The notes: generated by a model not told the origin, from the sequence alone. Shown: positions 7,699 through 18,125, numbered from the stretch's first letter. The stretch is 64,000 nucleotides of DNA from Gammaproteobacteria bacterium (GCA_963662545.2 CAXXLL010000003.1:2395856-2459855), one strand, 5' to 3'. Program-made: numbers and translations.

Positions 7699-9507
7699 TT
7701 GGAGCCCACCGATATCGGTAACCCCGATTACTTTCACAAAGTCGTCGATTGCCAGTGGGCCTGCCCGGCCCATACACCCGTTCCGGAATACATCCGCATG
7801 GTCGCCGACGGGCGCTACGCCGACGCCTATATGCTCAATTGGGAGTCGAACGTCTTCCCGGGCATTCTGGGGCGCACCTGCGACCGGCCTTGTGAACCGG
7901 CCTGCCGCCGCGGCCGGGTGGAAAAGGCCCCGGTCGCCATCTGTCGTTTGAAGCGCGTTGCGGCCGATTACAAGGGCGATATTACGCATCGCCTGCCGCA
8001 GCCCGCCAAGCAGAAAAACGGCCGGCGCATCGCCTGCATCGGCGCCGGGCCGGCATCACTGACCCTGGCGCGCGACCTCGCGCCGCTCGGCTACGAGGTC
8101 GTGATCTTCGACGGCGAGGATCGCGCCGGCGGCATGATTCGAAGTCAGATCCCGAAATTCCGGCTGCCCGAGGAAATCATCGACGAGGAAATCGCTTACA
8201 TCCTCGACTTAGGCGTGGAATTTCGCGGCGAAGTCTGGATCGATTCGATGAAGGATATACTCGCACAGGATTATGACGCCGTTTTCGTCGGTACCGGCGC
8301 GCCGCGCGGTCGCGACCTGATAATCCCGGGTCGCGAAGAAGCGGGGAAACACATTTACATCGGCGTCGACTGGCTGTCCTCGGTTTCCTTCGAGCATATC
8401 TCATCGATCGGCAAACGCGTGATCATTCTCGGTGGCGGCAACACTGCGATGGATTGCTGCCGTTCTTCCAAGCGCCTGGGCGGCGAGGAAGTCACCGTCA
8501 TCGTGCGCTCCGGATTCGACCAGATGAAAGCCTCGTCATGGGAAAAGGAGGACGCCATGCACGAGGAGATCCCGATTCTCAATTTTCTCGTGCCGAAGGA
8601 ATTTCTGCACAAAAAGGGCCGGCTGACCGGCATGCGCTTCGAACCGGTACGTGCGGAATATGATGAAAACGGCCGCCGATCCCTGATTTCAACCGGCGAA
8701 CCCGATCGGGAATTCGCCTGTGACGACGTGCTGATCGCCATCGGTCAGGACAACGCCGTGCCCTGGATCGAGCGCGATATCGGGATCGAATTCGACCAGT
8801 GGGACCGGCCGATCCTGAACAAGACGACACTGCAATCGACGATCCCCAATGTATTTTTCGGCGGCGACGCCGCAATCGGACCCGAAAATATCATCTGGGC
8901 AGTCGCACACGGCCACGACGCGGCGATTTCGATCGACAAGTATCTCAATGGGGATGACATCAACGTGCGCCCGCCCCCCAATGTGAATCTCATTTCACAG
9001 AAAATGGGCATCCACGAGTGGAGTTACGATAACGATATCTCCAATGACGTTCGCTACAACGTCCCGCTCAAGGATCTCAAGCAAGCGTTAAAGAATATCA
9101 AAGTCGAAGTCGAACTCGGCTATGATCAAAAGCTTGCGCTCGCCGAAGCCGAGCGTTGCCTCAATTGCGACGTGCAGACAATATTCACCGACAAGCTCTG
9201 CATCGAGTGCGATGCCTGCGTCGACATCTGCCCGACCGATTGCATCAACTTCACCTTTAACGGTGACGAACCGGATTTACGCGCGCGGCTTCGCGTGCCC
9301 GCCGATGACGCCTCCCAGGATTTGTACGTCTCCGGACAGCTTGCGACCAGCCGCATCATGGTCAAGGACGAAAACATGTGCCTGCATTGCGGCCTGTGCG
9401 CAGAACGCTGTCCGACCGGCGCATGGGACATGCAAAAGTTCCTCCTGGAACCGCAGCAGGTCGGCCCAGCCTGTCGGGGCCCGGCAGCCGATTCGCGTGC
9501 TGCCTGA
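7699..9507 (+). CDS. GltD-like NAD(P)H-dependent flavin oxidoreductase fused to a 2x[4Fe-4S] ferredoxin domain (KorC-like third subunit)
   Basis: 602 aa. TTG start 7 nt after GAAGGAG. N-terminal Cys cluster, dinucleotide folds IGAGPASL and GGGNTAMDC, C-terminal CLNCDVQ..CIECDACVDICP and CLHCGLCAERCP. Confidence 0.8.
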   Translation: MEPTDIGNPDYFHKVVDCQWACPAHTPVPEYIRMVADGRYADAYMLNWESNVFPGILGRTCDRPCEPACRRGRVEKAPVAICRLKRVAADYKGDITHRLPQPAKQKNGRRIACIGAGPASLTLARDLAPLGYEVVIFDGEDRAGGMIRSQIPKFRLPEEIIDEEIAYILDLGVEFRGEVWIDSMKDILAQDYDAVFVGTGAPRGRDLIIPGREEAGKHIYIGVDWLSSVSFEHISSIGKRVIILGGGNTAMDCCRSSKRLGGEEVTVIVRSGFDQMKASSWEKEDAMHEEIPILNFLVPKEFLHKKGRLTGMRFEPVRAEYDENGRRSLISTGEPDREFACDDVLIAIGQDNAVPWIERDIGIEFDQWDRPILNKTTLQSTIPNVFFGGDAAIGPENIIWAVAHGHDAAISIDKYLNGDDINVRPPPNVNLISQKMGIHEWSYDNDISNDVRYNVPLKDLKQALKNIKVEVELGYDQKLALAEAERCLNCDVQTIFTDKLCIECDACVDICPTDCINFTFNGDEPDLRARLRVPADDASQDLYVSGQLATSRIMVKDENMCLHCGLCAERCPTGAWDMQKFLLEPQQVGPACRGPAADSRAA

Positions 9508-9522
9508 CGGAACTTTCATTCA

Positions 9523-11364
9523 ATGAAACCCATCGCGGCGATCAACGACTTCGTTGTCAAGTTCGCCAACGTCAACGGCTCGGGCTCGGCCTCCGCCAAC
9601 GCTTTATTCGCGAAATCGATTTTGAAGATGGGGATCCCGGTCAGCCCGCGCAACATCTTCCCGTCGAACATCCAGGGGCTGCCCACCTGGTACGAAGTCC
9701 GCGTTTCCGCCGACGGTTGGCTGGGACGCCGCGGCGGCATCGATTTCATGGTCGCGATGAACCCTGAGACCTGGGACCAGGACCTCGCCGAAATCGAGCC
9801 GGGCGGATATTTGTTCTACGATTCAACAAAACCGCTGCCGCCGTCGAAATTCCGCGATGACATTCAAGTCATCGGCATGCCAGTCATGGAAATTTGCAAC
9901 CAGCATTACACCGATGCGCGGCAGCGGCAGCTGTTCAAGAACATCATTTATGTCGGCGCCTTGGCCGCCCTGCTCGACATTGATATCGAGGTGATGCAAA
10001 ACCTCGTCGGCGAGCAGTTCAAGGGCAAGGAAGCGTTAATGGAATCCAACATTCGCGCCCTGCAGACGGGGCGGGATTATGCGATTTCCAGATTAGAATG
10101 CCCGCTGGAACTGCGCGTACAACCCTGCGACACAGTCGGCGACCGAATTTTCATCGAAGGCAACAGCGCCGCCGCGCTCGGCGCGGTCTACGGCGGCGCG
10201 ACGGTCGCCGCCTGGTATCCGATCACGCCATCCTCGTCGCTGGCCGAGGCCTTCGAGCGCCATTGCAAACGCTATCGGCACGATCCGGACACGGGGGCTG
10301 CGCGCTACGCGATTCTGCAGGCGGAAGATGAGCTCGCGGCCATCGGCATGGTCATCGGTGCCGGCTGGAACGGCGCACGCGCGTTCACCGCAACGTCGGG
10401 CCCCGGTATCTCTCTCATGCAGGAATTCATCGGCTTCGCATATTTCGCCGAGATCCCCGCGGTCATTTTCGACGTCCAGCGCGGCGGACCATCGACGGGC
10501 ATGCCGACGCGGACCCAGCAATCAGACATCTTATTGTGTGCCTATGCCTCGCACGGCGACACCAAGCACGTCCTTTTGTTTCCCGAAGATCCCAAGGAAG
10601 CTTTCGAGATGAGCGCGGCCGCGTTCGATCTCGCCGACCGGTTGCAGACGCCGGTGTTCGTCATGCTCGATCTCGACATCGGCATGAACGAACGCCTCAC
10701 CGACCCGCTCGAATGGGACGACGGCCGGCACCTCGACCGAGGCAAGGTAATGACCCACGAGATGTTCGAGCGCGGCGAGGAATTCGCCCGTTATCTCGAC
10801 GTCGAGAACGACGGGATCTCTTACCGCACCTACCCCGGCACACACCCCACCGAAGGCGCGTATCTCACCCGCGGAACGACCAAGGACAGCTATGCCAAGT
10901 ACAGTGAAGCGGGACCGGATTACGTCGAGAATATGCAGCGTTTGCTGCGCAAATTCGAAACCTCGAAGGAACTCGTGCCAGAGCCGGTCAGTATGTGGAA
11001 CGAACCCCTGGCGAAATTCGGTGTGATCTTTTACGGCTCGACCTCCCCGGCTATTGCGGAAGCCTTCGAGGCCCTGAAGTCGGGGGGCATCAACGTCAAT
11101 GCGCTGCGCATACGCGCGTTCCCGTTTGTCGACGAAGTGGCCGATTTCATGGCCGCACACGAGCAGGTATTCGTCGTCGAACAAAACCGGGATGCACAAA
11201 TGCGGAGTCTTTTGATCAATGAATGCAACATCGATCCGCAGAAACTGATTTCGATACTGCATTACGACGGCACGCCGATTACGGCGCGTTTCATCGCGAT
11301 GGAGATCGCCCAGCAACTCGTGTCGAGCGTCGGTAACCTGGCCCGTGGCGCTGCGACGAATTAG
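9523..11364 (+). CDS. korA: 2-oxoacid:ferredoxin (acceptor) oxidoreductase, alpha subunit (fused gamma/alpha type)
   Basis: 613 aa. N-terminal FANVNGSGSASAN.. (gamma-like) followed by the pyrimidine-binding alpha domain (AWYPITPSS, GPGISLM). Confidence 0.85.
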   Translation: MKPIAAINDFVVKFANVNGSGSASANALFAKSILKMGIPVSPRNIFPSNIQGLPTWYEVRVSADGWLGRRGGIDFMVAMNPETWDQDLAEIEPGGYLFYDSTKPLPPSKFRDDIQVIGMPVMEICNQHYTDARQRQLFKNIIYVGALAALLDIDIEVMQNLVGEQFKGKEALMESNIRALQTGRDYAISRLECPLELRVQPCDTVGDRIFIEGNSAAALGAVYGGATVAAWYPITPSSSLAEAFERHCKRYRHDPDTGAARYAILQAEDELAAIGMVIGAGWNGARAFTATSGPGISLMQEFIGFAYFAEIPAVIFDVQRGGPSTGMPTRTQQSDILLCAYASHGDTKHVLLFPEDPKEAFEMSAAAFDLADRLQTPVFVMLDLDIGMNERLTDPLEWDDGRHLDRGKVMTHEMFERGEEFARYLDVENDGISYRTYPGTHPTEGAYLTRGTTKDSYAKYSEAGPDYVENMQRLLRKFETSKELVPEPVSMWNEPLAKFGVIFYGSTSPAIAEAFEALKSGGINVNALRIRAFPFVDEVADFMAAHEQVFVVEQNRDAQMRSLLINECNIDPQKLISILHYDGTPITARFIAMEIAQQLVSSVGNLARGAATN

Positions 11365-11401
11365 ATCGGCATTCATTTTTATGGATGTTTTGACAATTGT
11401 C

Positions 11402-11464
11402 ATTCGCCCGCAAGCGGGCTCCTACGGAAGCCTCCTCGATGCAGGAGCCCGCTTGCGGGCGAAT
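11402..11464. repeat. REP-like inverted pair between korA and korB
   Basis: ATTCGCCCGCAAGCGGGCTCCTAC (11402-11425), a 15 nt spacer, then GCAGGAGCCCGCTTGCGGGCGAAT (11441-11464). Confidence 0.85.
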
Positions 11465-11520
11465 CAATACCGACTTGAAAACCTAACTGAGGCGCGAATC
11501 GCGCGTCCTATGGACCCGAC

Positions 11521-12576
11521 ATGACCTACATCACCAAGCCCGAGCTTCATCATCCCAAGCTGCCGGTTAACCAACTCGGTTATACCCGTCGCTATTATGA
11601 AGGCATGGTATCGACGCTTTGCGCCGGTTGCGGACACGATTCGATCAGCGCTGCGATCGTTCAAGCATTTTTCGATCTCGCGATCGAGCCGCACTGCGTT
11701 GCCAAGCTCTCTGGAATCGGTTGCTCATCCAAAACCCCGACCTATTTTCTCGGCAGCTCGCATGGGCTAAACGCCGTCCACGGCCGCATGCCTTCGGTGC
11801 TCACGGGTGCCAATCTCGCGAACCGCGACCTCATCTATCTCGGCGTGTCGGGAGACGGCGATTCGGCTTCTATTGGTCTGGGTCAGTTCGTGCATTCCTT
11901 GAGGCGCGGCGTCAATATGGTCTACATCGTCGAGAACAACGGCGTCTACGGATTGACCAAGGGTCAGTTTTCCGCGACCGCGGATACCGGTTCGAAATCC
12001 AAGCGCGGGGTGGTCAACCGCGATAGCTCGGTCGACCTCATCGGTCTCGCGCTCCAGGTCGGCGCAACGTTCGTCGCACGCAGTTTTTCAGGCGACAAGG
12101 AGCAACTCGTGCCCTTGCTCAAGGCCGCGATCGAACACTCAGGCGCCGCTTTTCTGGACGTCATCAGCCCCTGTGTTGCGTTCAACAATCACCCGGGTTC
12201 GACCAAGAGCTACGACTATGTCCGTGCGCATAACGAGGTCGTCAATCGCCTTGATTTCATACCAAAGCGCGAAGCGATCACGGCCACATACCAAGCCGGG
12301 GCGCTCGAGGAAGTCTTGCAGCACGACGGCAGCGTTTTGAAATTCAGGAAAATCGCCGACGATTACGATCCGCAGGATCGCACCGCCGCGATGACCTACC
12401 TGCAGCACCGGGCCAAACAAGGTGAGATCGTCACGGGGCTCTTGTACGTCGAACGCGAACCCGAAGACCTGCACACCCACCTCGGCACGGTCAAGGCGCC
12501 ACTGAATTCCCTCACCGAACGCGAGTTATGCCCCGGTGTCGCGACGCTCAATGACATCAACGACAGCTTGCGCTGA
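11521..12576 (+). CDS. korB: 2-oxoacid:ferredoxin oxidoreductase, beta (TPP-binding) subunit
   Basis: 351 aa. CAGCGHDSI Cys motif and TPP motif GDGDSASIG...NNGVYGLTKGQ. Confidence 0.85.
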   Translation: MTYITKPELHHPKLPVNQLGYTRRYYEGMVSTLCAGCGHDSISAAIVQAFFDLAIEPHCVAKLSGIGCSSKTPTYFLGSSHGLNAVHGRMPSVLTGANLANRDLIYLGVSGDGDSASIGLGQFVHSLRRGVNMVYIVENNGVYGLTKGQFSATADTGSKSKRGVVNRDSSVDLIGLALQVGATFVARSFSGDKEQLVPLLKAAIEHSGAAFLDVISPCVAFNNHPGSTKSYDYVRAHNEVVNRLDFIPKREAITATYQAGALEEVLQHDGSVLKFRKIADDYDPQDRTAAMTYLQHRAKQGEIVTGLLYVEREPEDLHTHLGTVKAPLNSLTERELCPGVATLNDINDSLR

Positions 12577-12662
12577 CACGAGGTCAAGCTCGCCGCAGCG
12601 AGTACGCTGCCTCGCCTCCTGTCGATTGACGCTGACAGCAAGAGGGCAGTGAAAACGGCAGG

Positions 12663-13517
12663 CTAACGGCCGGCTGAGTGCTGTTCCTTAAGCGCGCGCG
12701 CTTCATCGTGGCGCCCCGCCGCTTCCATAACGCCGATAGTGGCATCCAACCAATCCATGAATCGCGTGTGGTCACCCAGCTTGTGAAAAATTTCGGCCAA
12801 GTTGCCACTGTAGGCGATGATGCCGTCGGTGTCCTTGCGCTTGACGCATAACTCATAGGCCGAGTACGTCCATTTCAATGCTTTTTCTTGATCGCCGAGC
12901 TTTGCATGGCAGAGCCCGAGGATGCCGTGAACGCGCGCCGCGAGCGGTTCTATGGGAGTACCGGCCCAGACCGGCGTGTCGTCGACGATCGGTTCGAGGA
13001 CGGCGATCGCTTCGGCGCAACGATTCTGATCAACCAACAACTCGGCGTCGTTGTAGATCCGTCCCCAGTTCATGATCTTGTTGCGCTCGGCTCTGCCTTC
13101 CAGAAGGCCGATCAGGGTGCGATCACCCTCGCTTTCGAAGTGCGATGCAATGGCAAACAACGCCTCCCCGTAACGCTTCATTTGTTCCTCATCGCCGCGA
13201 AATTCTTCAGGCATTCGCCGCCAGGCTTCAAAATGGTTGACCACCGTATCCTTGTATTGCCGGCAAAGCTGATCCAGTAGCTTGCGGTCATTGGCCGCGG
13301 CATCGACGAGTGCGGCGCGCAGCGCGTCGGGATCCCGGTCGTAGTGTGAAGCGCTGATGGCGTTGGGCTCGGCCAAGATGAGAACCGCGAGAAGCAGTAT
13401 TTTCGCCTTATTACGATGCCACTTCGTCGGCCATGAGCTGCGTTGAAGATGAACGGGTGCTGTGACGGCGCCCGGGCTTGGTATTCGACCGTAACGCTCA
13501 AGCGGCATTCGTGTCAT
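12663..13517 (-). CDS. TPR-like repeat protein, probably secreted; function unknown
   Basis: The C-terminal half has TPR-like helices (GILGLCHAKLGDQEKALKWTYSAYELC..). A hydrophobic signal-like segment KILLLAVLILAEPNAISA suggests a start at the internal Met (13517 or 13508) rather than ORF start 13739. Start uncertain. Confidence 0.5.
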   Translation of the reverse strand: MTRMPLERYGRIPSPGAVTAPVHLQRSSWPTKWHRNKAKILLLAVLILAEPNAISASHYDRDPDALRAALVDAAANDRKLLDQLCRQYKDTVVNHFEAWRRMPEEFRGDEEQMKRYGEALFAIASHFESEGDRTLIGLLEGRAERNKIMNWGRIYNDAELLVDQNRCAEAIAVLEPIVDDTPVWAGTPIEPLAARVHGILGLCHAKLGDQEKALKWTYSAYELCVKRKDTDGIIAYSGNLAEIFHKLGDHTRFMDWLDATIGVMEAAGRHDEARALKEQHSAGR

Positions 13518-13830
13518 TTCGTTATCGAAAACCTGGTCGAAGCGATGTCGTTCTTCATGGCCGCTGCAAACCGAGCGCGGATTATAGGGATCGATAACGC
13601 GAATGCAACGTTTTCGCGGCGAACGCCACAATGCGGAGGCCCCATGTGCACCCCGGGCGGTTGGATTCGCTCTCGACGCTGGACTTTCGAATCGTTTCGC
13701 TACGTTATCCCATTTGAACCGGCGATAAGGGCCATTCAATCGCCTTCAAAATGTCGCAGTATGGTGAATTATAAATAATTAATGCGATTTCAAGAAAATT
13801 ATCATGTATTTTTGACTTATTTCTCCATAA

Positions 13831-15375
13831 ATGTATTATTGCGACACTTTTATGAGCAATCTTGGGGTGCAGAAGGTGTTAACACTCCCGCCTGAGGTCC
13901 TAGCAAACCGCTTCACGGAATCCGGTGATTTGACCCATTGGGATACCGCGGCTGTTCACGACCTGATCACGCGGGACGGCCCGCAACAAAGCCAGCGTTC
14001 AACTGAACGGCTCATCGAAAAATCCGCCCTCTTACCTGCTGCCGTAAAGCTCCACGAGGTCGCTGATGAGCTGGACCGTGCCCCTATAAAGAGCGTGGTG
14101 GAGAGTCTCGAGGGCGAGGCCAAACGTCGGCGGTGGCTGTCCCTAGTCCTCCAGGAGCATCGCTCGGATACCGGGGCCACCCTGCTTTTTTGCAACGACG
14201 GACGGCGCGGGCGGCGGTGGGTGTTTATTGACCCGAATTCCGCGGAACCGGAATCGCTGCTGAAAGCGCTCGATGCGCTCGCGGACGACAAGCCATTGAT
14301 GATCTGGCCACACGGTTCGATCACGGAACGGATTCGCGCCCTCGCAGGGGCGCTTGGATCGCATGACATCAAGCTGCCGTCTGGGCGGCGCGTGCGCCTC
14401 GGTACCGTTGCCTATCAACACGTTTCGACGACCGCGCACGTCCCGCCGACGACGATGCGCGATCGCCAGCAGGCCGACCGCCTTTCTCATCTCGACCGCC
14501 TCGAAGCCGACAGCATTCACATCATTCGCGAAGTCATGGCGCAGGCCGAAAATCCCGTGATGCTTTATTCGGTAGGCAAGGACAGCTCCGTGATGCTGCA
14601 CCTGGCGCGCAAGGCATTTTACCCAAGCGTGCCGCCGTTCCCGTTAATGCATATTGATACGCGTTGGAAATTCCAGGCGATGTATCAGTTCCGTGACCAG
14701 ATGGCGCGCGACAGTGGCATGGAGCTGATCACTTACGTCAACCCGGAAGGTGTCGAGAAGAATATCAATCCGTTCGACCACGGCAGCGCCTTACACACCG
14801 ACATCATGAAGACAGAGGGGCTCAAGCAAGCATTGACTCTACATGGCTTCGATGTAGCGTTTGGTGGCGCGCGACGCGACGAAGAAAAGAGTCGGGCTAA
14901 AGAACGGGTGTTCTCGTTTCGAACCTCGACCCATCGCTGGGACCCGAAAAACCAGCGCCCCGAACTATGGAATCTCTATAACGGCTACAAGAACAAGGGC
15001 GAGAGTATTCGAGTGTTCCCGTTGTCGAACTGGACCGAACTGGATGTATGGCAGTATACCTATCGAGAGCAAATTCCGATCGTGCCACTTTACTTTGCGG
15101 CAGAAAGACCGGTCATCGAACGCGACGGGCTTCTGATTTTAGTCGATGACGATCGCCTCCGCCTCTTCACCGACGAGCGGGTACAGATTAAGCGTGTGCG
15201 ATTTCGCACCCTGGGTTGCTATCCGCTGACCGGCGCCGTCGAATCAGACGCCGATGACCTTCCCTCGATCATTCTCGAACTCCTGCAGAGTCGCACGAGT
15301 GAACGTCAGGGCAGAGCGATTGATTCAGATTCCTCCTCTTCGATGGAAAAGAAAAAGCAGGAGGGATACTTCTGA
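13831..15375 (+). CDS. cysD: Sulfate adenylyltransferase subunit 2 (CysD) carrying an in-frame ~208 aa N-terminal extension of unknown function
   Basis: The CysD core from MRDRQQ (ATG 14455) is 306 aa, with PP-loop [10 protein letters not shown] and [12 protein letters not shown]. The upstream 208 codons share its frame, have no stop, and show G/C-rich third positions. An AT-rich promoter-like tract lies at 13740-13830. The stop overlaps the cysN start (TGATG). Confidence 0.8.
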   Translation: MYYCDTFMSNLGVQKVLTLPPEVLANRFTESGDLTHWDTAAVHDLITRDGPQQSQRSTERLIEKSALLPAAVKLHEVADELDRAPIKSVVESLEGEAKRRRWLSLVLQEHRSDTGATLLFCNDGRRGRRWVFIDPNSAEPESLLKALDALADDKPLMIWPHGSITERIRALAGALGSHDIKLPSGRRVRLGTVAYQHVSTTAHVPPTTMRDRQQADRLSHLDRLEADSIHIIREVMAQAENPVMLYSVGKDSSVMLHLARKAFYPSVPPFPLMHIDTRWKFQAMYQFRDQMARDSGMELITYVNPEGVEKNINPFDHGSALHTDIMKTEGLKQALTLHGFDVAFGGARRDEEKSRAKERVFSFRTSTHRWDPKNQRPELWNLYNGYKNKGESIRVFPLSNWTELDVWQYTYREQIPIVPLYFAAERPVIERDGLLILVDDDRLRLFTDERVQIKRVRFRTLGCYPLTGAVESDADDLPSIILELLQSRTSERQGRAIDSDSSSSMEKKKQEGYF

Positions 15376-17276
15376 TGAACGCTGCCGTTGAAACCATTCG
15401 CGAACGCGTCGACGCCTACATCGATAACCAGTCGCAGCTGGATCTGTTGCGTTTCATTACGTGTGGAAGCGTCGATGACGGCAAGAGTACGCTCATCGGC
15501 CGCATGCTGTACGAAGCACAGATGATTTTCGAGGATCAGGTGGCGTCGCTGAAAGCCGATTCCAAGCGGCACGGGACTCAGGCTGGTGAGATCGACTTTG
15601 CCTTGCTGGTAGACGGTCTGGCCGCCGAACGCGAGCAGGGCATTACCATCGACGTGGCGTATCGGTACTTCAACACGGACCGGCGCAAGTTCATCGTGGC
15701 GGACACCCCGGGTCACGAACAATACACCCGTAATATGGTGACCGGTGCGTCGACGGCCGATGTCGCCGTCATTCTCGTCGACGCAACGCAGGGCGTACTC
15801 ACGCAGACCTGCAGACACTCGTTCATCGCGTCCTTGCTCGGTATCAAGCATGTCGTACTGGCCGTGAACAAGATGGATCTGGTGAATTTCGATCGCGCGG
15901 TGTTCGACGACATCGTTGAAACGTATAGGGAGTTCTCCGATCGCCTCGATTTTAGTTCGATCACGCCGATTCCCGTGTCGGCCCTGCAGGGAGACAATGT
16001 GGTGCAACCGTCCGCACGGACACCCTGGCATTCCGGTCCAAGCTTGCTGGGATTTCTCGAGATGGTCGAAGTACGGCAATCGCAGTTAAATCACCCCTTT
16101 CGGTTTCCGGTGCAGTGGGTGAACCGGGGGAATTCGGATTTCCGTGGTTACGCAGGAACCGTCGTATCGGGCTCAATCGCCACAGGGCAGCAACTTCACG
16201 TCTTGCCGTCAGGCGAAATCGCATCGGTAGCGGATATCGTGTTGTACCGAGACCGCCTCGACAAGGCCGTGGTCGATCAGGCGGTGACCATTACGCTCGA
16301 TCGGGACGTGGACGTATCCCGCGGTGACGTACTCGTTGCTACCGACACCCCTTGCGAAGTCTCGGACCAGTTCGACGTATCACTCGTGTGGATGAACGAG
16401 GAACCGGGCTTTGCCGGTCGCACCTATTGGTTGAAATTGGGCAATTCCCGGCTCAACGCTACGCTTTCAGACATCAAATTCAAATACAACGTCAACACAC
16501 TCGAGCAGTTGTCTTCTCATGGCTTGGAACTCAACGAAATCGGCCGCGCAACGCTGAGCCTGGACAAGGCCGTACCCTTCGAGGCTTACCGCGACTGTCG
16601 GACAATGGGTTCGTTTGTGCTGATTGATCGCTACAGCTATGCCACCGTTGCCGCAGGCATGATCAATTTCGCGTTGCGCAGAGCGCAGAACGTACATCGG
16701 CAGGCGTTGACCGTGGACAAACGCGCGCGCGCCAAGCTGAACGGACATCGCGGCCGGGTATTGTGGTTCACCGGATTGAGTGGTGCCGGCAAATCGACGA
16801 TCGCCAATGCCCTGGAACAGGTACTGCACTCGCAAGGAATTCGCACCTACCTCCTCGATGGTGATAACGTCCGTCACGGACTCAACAAGGACCTCGGGTT
16901 CACCGATGCCGACCGCGTCGAGAACGTGCGACGGGTTGCCGAGGTCGCCAAACTCATGGTCGATGCCGGTCTGGTCGTGTCCGTCGCCTTCATCTCACCA
17001 TTCCGCTCTGAACGCGATATGGCGCGAGCGCTATTCGATGAAGGCGAATTCCTCGAGATCCATGCCGACGTTCCGCTCGAAACGGCAGAGGCGCGTGACG
17101 CCAAGGGCTTGTATAAAAAGGCGCGTAAAGGCGAGCTACCTCACTTTACCGGCATTGATAGCGCCTACGAGCCACCCGAATCTGCGGAAATCGTACTACC
17201 TACCGCTGAACTGGGCGTTGACGCATGTGTCGCGCGCATTCTGGAAGTAATGGAGCACACGAAAATCGACTCATGA
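15375..17276 (+). CDS. cysNC: Bifunctional sulfate adenylyltransferase subunit 1 (GTPase) / adenylylsulfate kinase
   Basis: 633 aa. G motifs [22 protein letters not shown]-terminal APS kinase P-loop [11 protein letters not shown] and [11 protein letters not shown]. Confidence 0.9.
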   Translation: MNAAVETIRERVDAYIDNQSQLDLLRFITCGSVDDGKSTLIGRMLYEAQMIFEDQVASLKADSKRHGTQAGEIDFALLVDGLAAEREQGITIDVAYRYFNTDRRKFIVADTPGHEQYTRNMVTGASTADVAVILVDATQGVLTQTCRHSFIASLLGIKHVVLAVNKMDLVNFDRAVFDDIVETYREFSDRLDFSSITPIPVSALQGDNVVQPSARTPWHSGPSLLGFLEMVEVRQSQLNHPFRFPVQWVNRGNSDFRGYAGTVVSGSIATGQQLHVLPSGEIASVADIVLYRDRLDKAVVDQAVTITLDRDVDVSRGDVLVATDTPCEVSDQFDVSLVWMNEEPGFAGRTYWLKLGNSRLNATLSDIKFKYNVNTLEQLSSHGLELNEIGRATLSLDKAVPFEAYRDCRTMGSFVLIDRYSYATVAAGMINFALRRAQNVHRQALTVDKRARAKLNGHRGRVLWFTGLSGAGKSTIANALEQVLHSQGIRTYLLDGDNVRHGLNKDLGFTDADRVENVRRVAEVAKLMVDAGLVVSVAFISPFRSERDMARALFDEGEFLEIHADVPLETAEARDAKGLYKKARKGELPHFTGIDSAYEPPESAEIVLPTAELGVDACVARILEVMEHTKIDS

Positions 17277-17506
17277 ATACAGTAACCTACGATCGGGAAT
17301 CCCGTTTACGGAGCCTGCTAAAGGCCTTCTCGTGGCGTATCTTCGCGACGTTGACCACGGTGCTGATCGCCTGGGCCATTACCGGGGAAATCGATGCTGC
17401 CATCCTGATCGGCAGCGTCGAATTCGTGCTGAAGTTTTTCATCTATTACCTGCACGAACGGGCTTGGCAACTGGTTCCGCGGGGCACAATCCGCAACTTG
17501 TTTTAG
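17273..17506 (+). CDS. DUF2061-type small membrane protein
   Basis: Start at MNTVTYD (ATG 17273), overlapping the cysNC stop (ATGA). 77 aa: [38 protein letters not shown]. Confidence 0.65.
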   Translation: MNTVTYDRESRLRSLLKAFSWRIFATLTTVLIAWAITGEIDAAILIGSVEFVLKFFIYYLHERAWQLVPRGTIRNLF

Positions 17507-17958
17507 TTCAGCGGTCCGATCGCCGCGATTCTTCGCGCCATCTCGCATCTAGAGCAGATGCGATCATGGTGCGATACCAGTGCTAATTTCACAAAGGTCT
17601 TGTCATCGAAAGCTCACCTATGCCGAATCATGAGGGTCGTGATCCGTGACGCCGCGCCTGCGCCATCACGAATCGCGTCACGTCGCGATGAACCGATCGG
17701 AATATGATCCCGTGGGGGCATTGCACTGAACAACGAAGGAACCTGGCGTTTCATAAGCGACAAGCCCGAACTGCGTGAATTCTTCCGCGCGTATTTCGAA
17801 GATCGCAAAATGCAGGAAATGATCGAATGAACGGTGCCGGGGCTGACTTATTGAACCATTGGTCCGAGTAACAGCGAGATTATTGAATCGGGAGTCTTTT
17901 TTCGGGCGTCCACACACCCCATAAGCAGAAGCGAAGCTCACCTGCCCGATGGTGGTTA

Positions 17959-18035
17959 TGGCGCGCCCAGAGGGACTCGAACCCCCGACCACCTGGTTCG
18001 AAGCCAGGTACTCTATCCAGCTGAGCTATGGGCGC
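17959..18035 (-). tRNA. tRNA-Arg (anticodon UCG), CCA encoded
   Basis: Minus-strand read GCGCCCATAGCTCAGCTGGATAGAGTACCTGGCTTCGAACCAGGTGGTCGGGGGTTCGAGTCCCTCTGGGCGCGCCA. Cloverleaf present with anticodon loop CT-TCG-AA. Very similar to the E. coli tRNA-Arg scaffold. Confidence 0.9.
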
Positions 18036-18125
18036 ATAGGCGGCAAGCAAGGCGTATGTTATCCGAAAATTCGATACCCCGAATTGAGGTAGAGACGACC
18101 ACGGTCAATACCGTTCCACACCGCG

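Noticed and set aside
17510-18035. tRNA-Arg locus checked as a genomic-island integration site.
   Set aside because: There is no integrase, no duplicated copy of the tRNA 3' end, and no compositional island on either side. The flanking genes are core-type (cys, actP).
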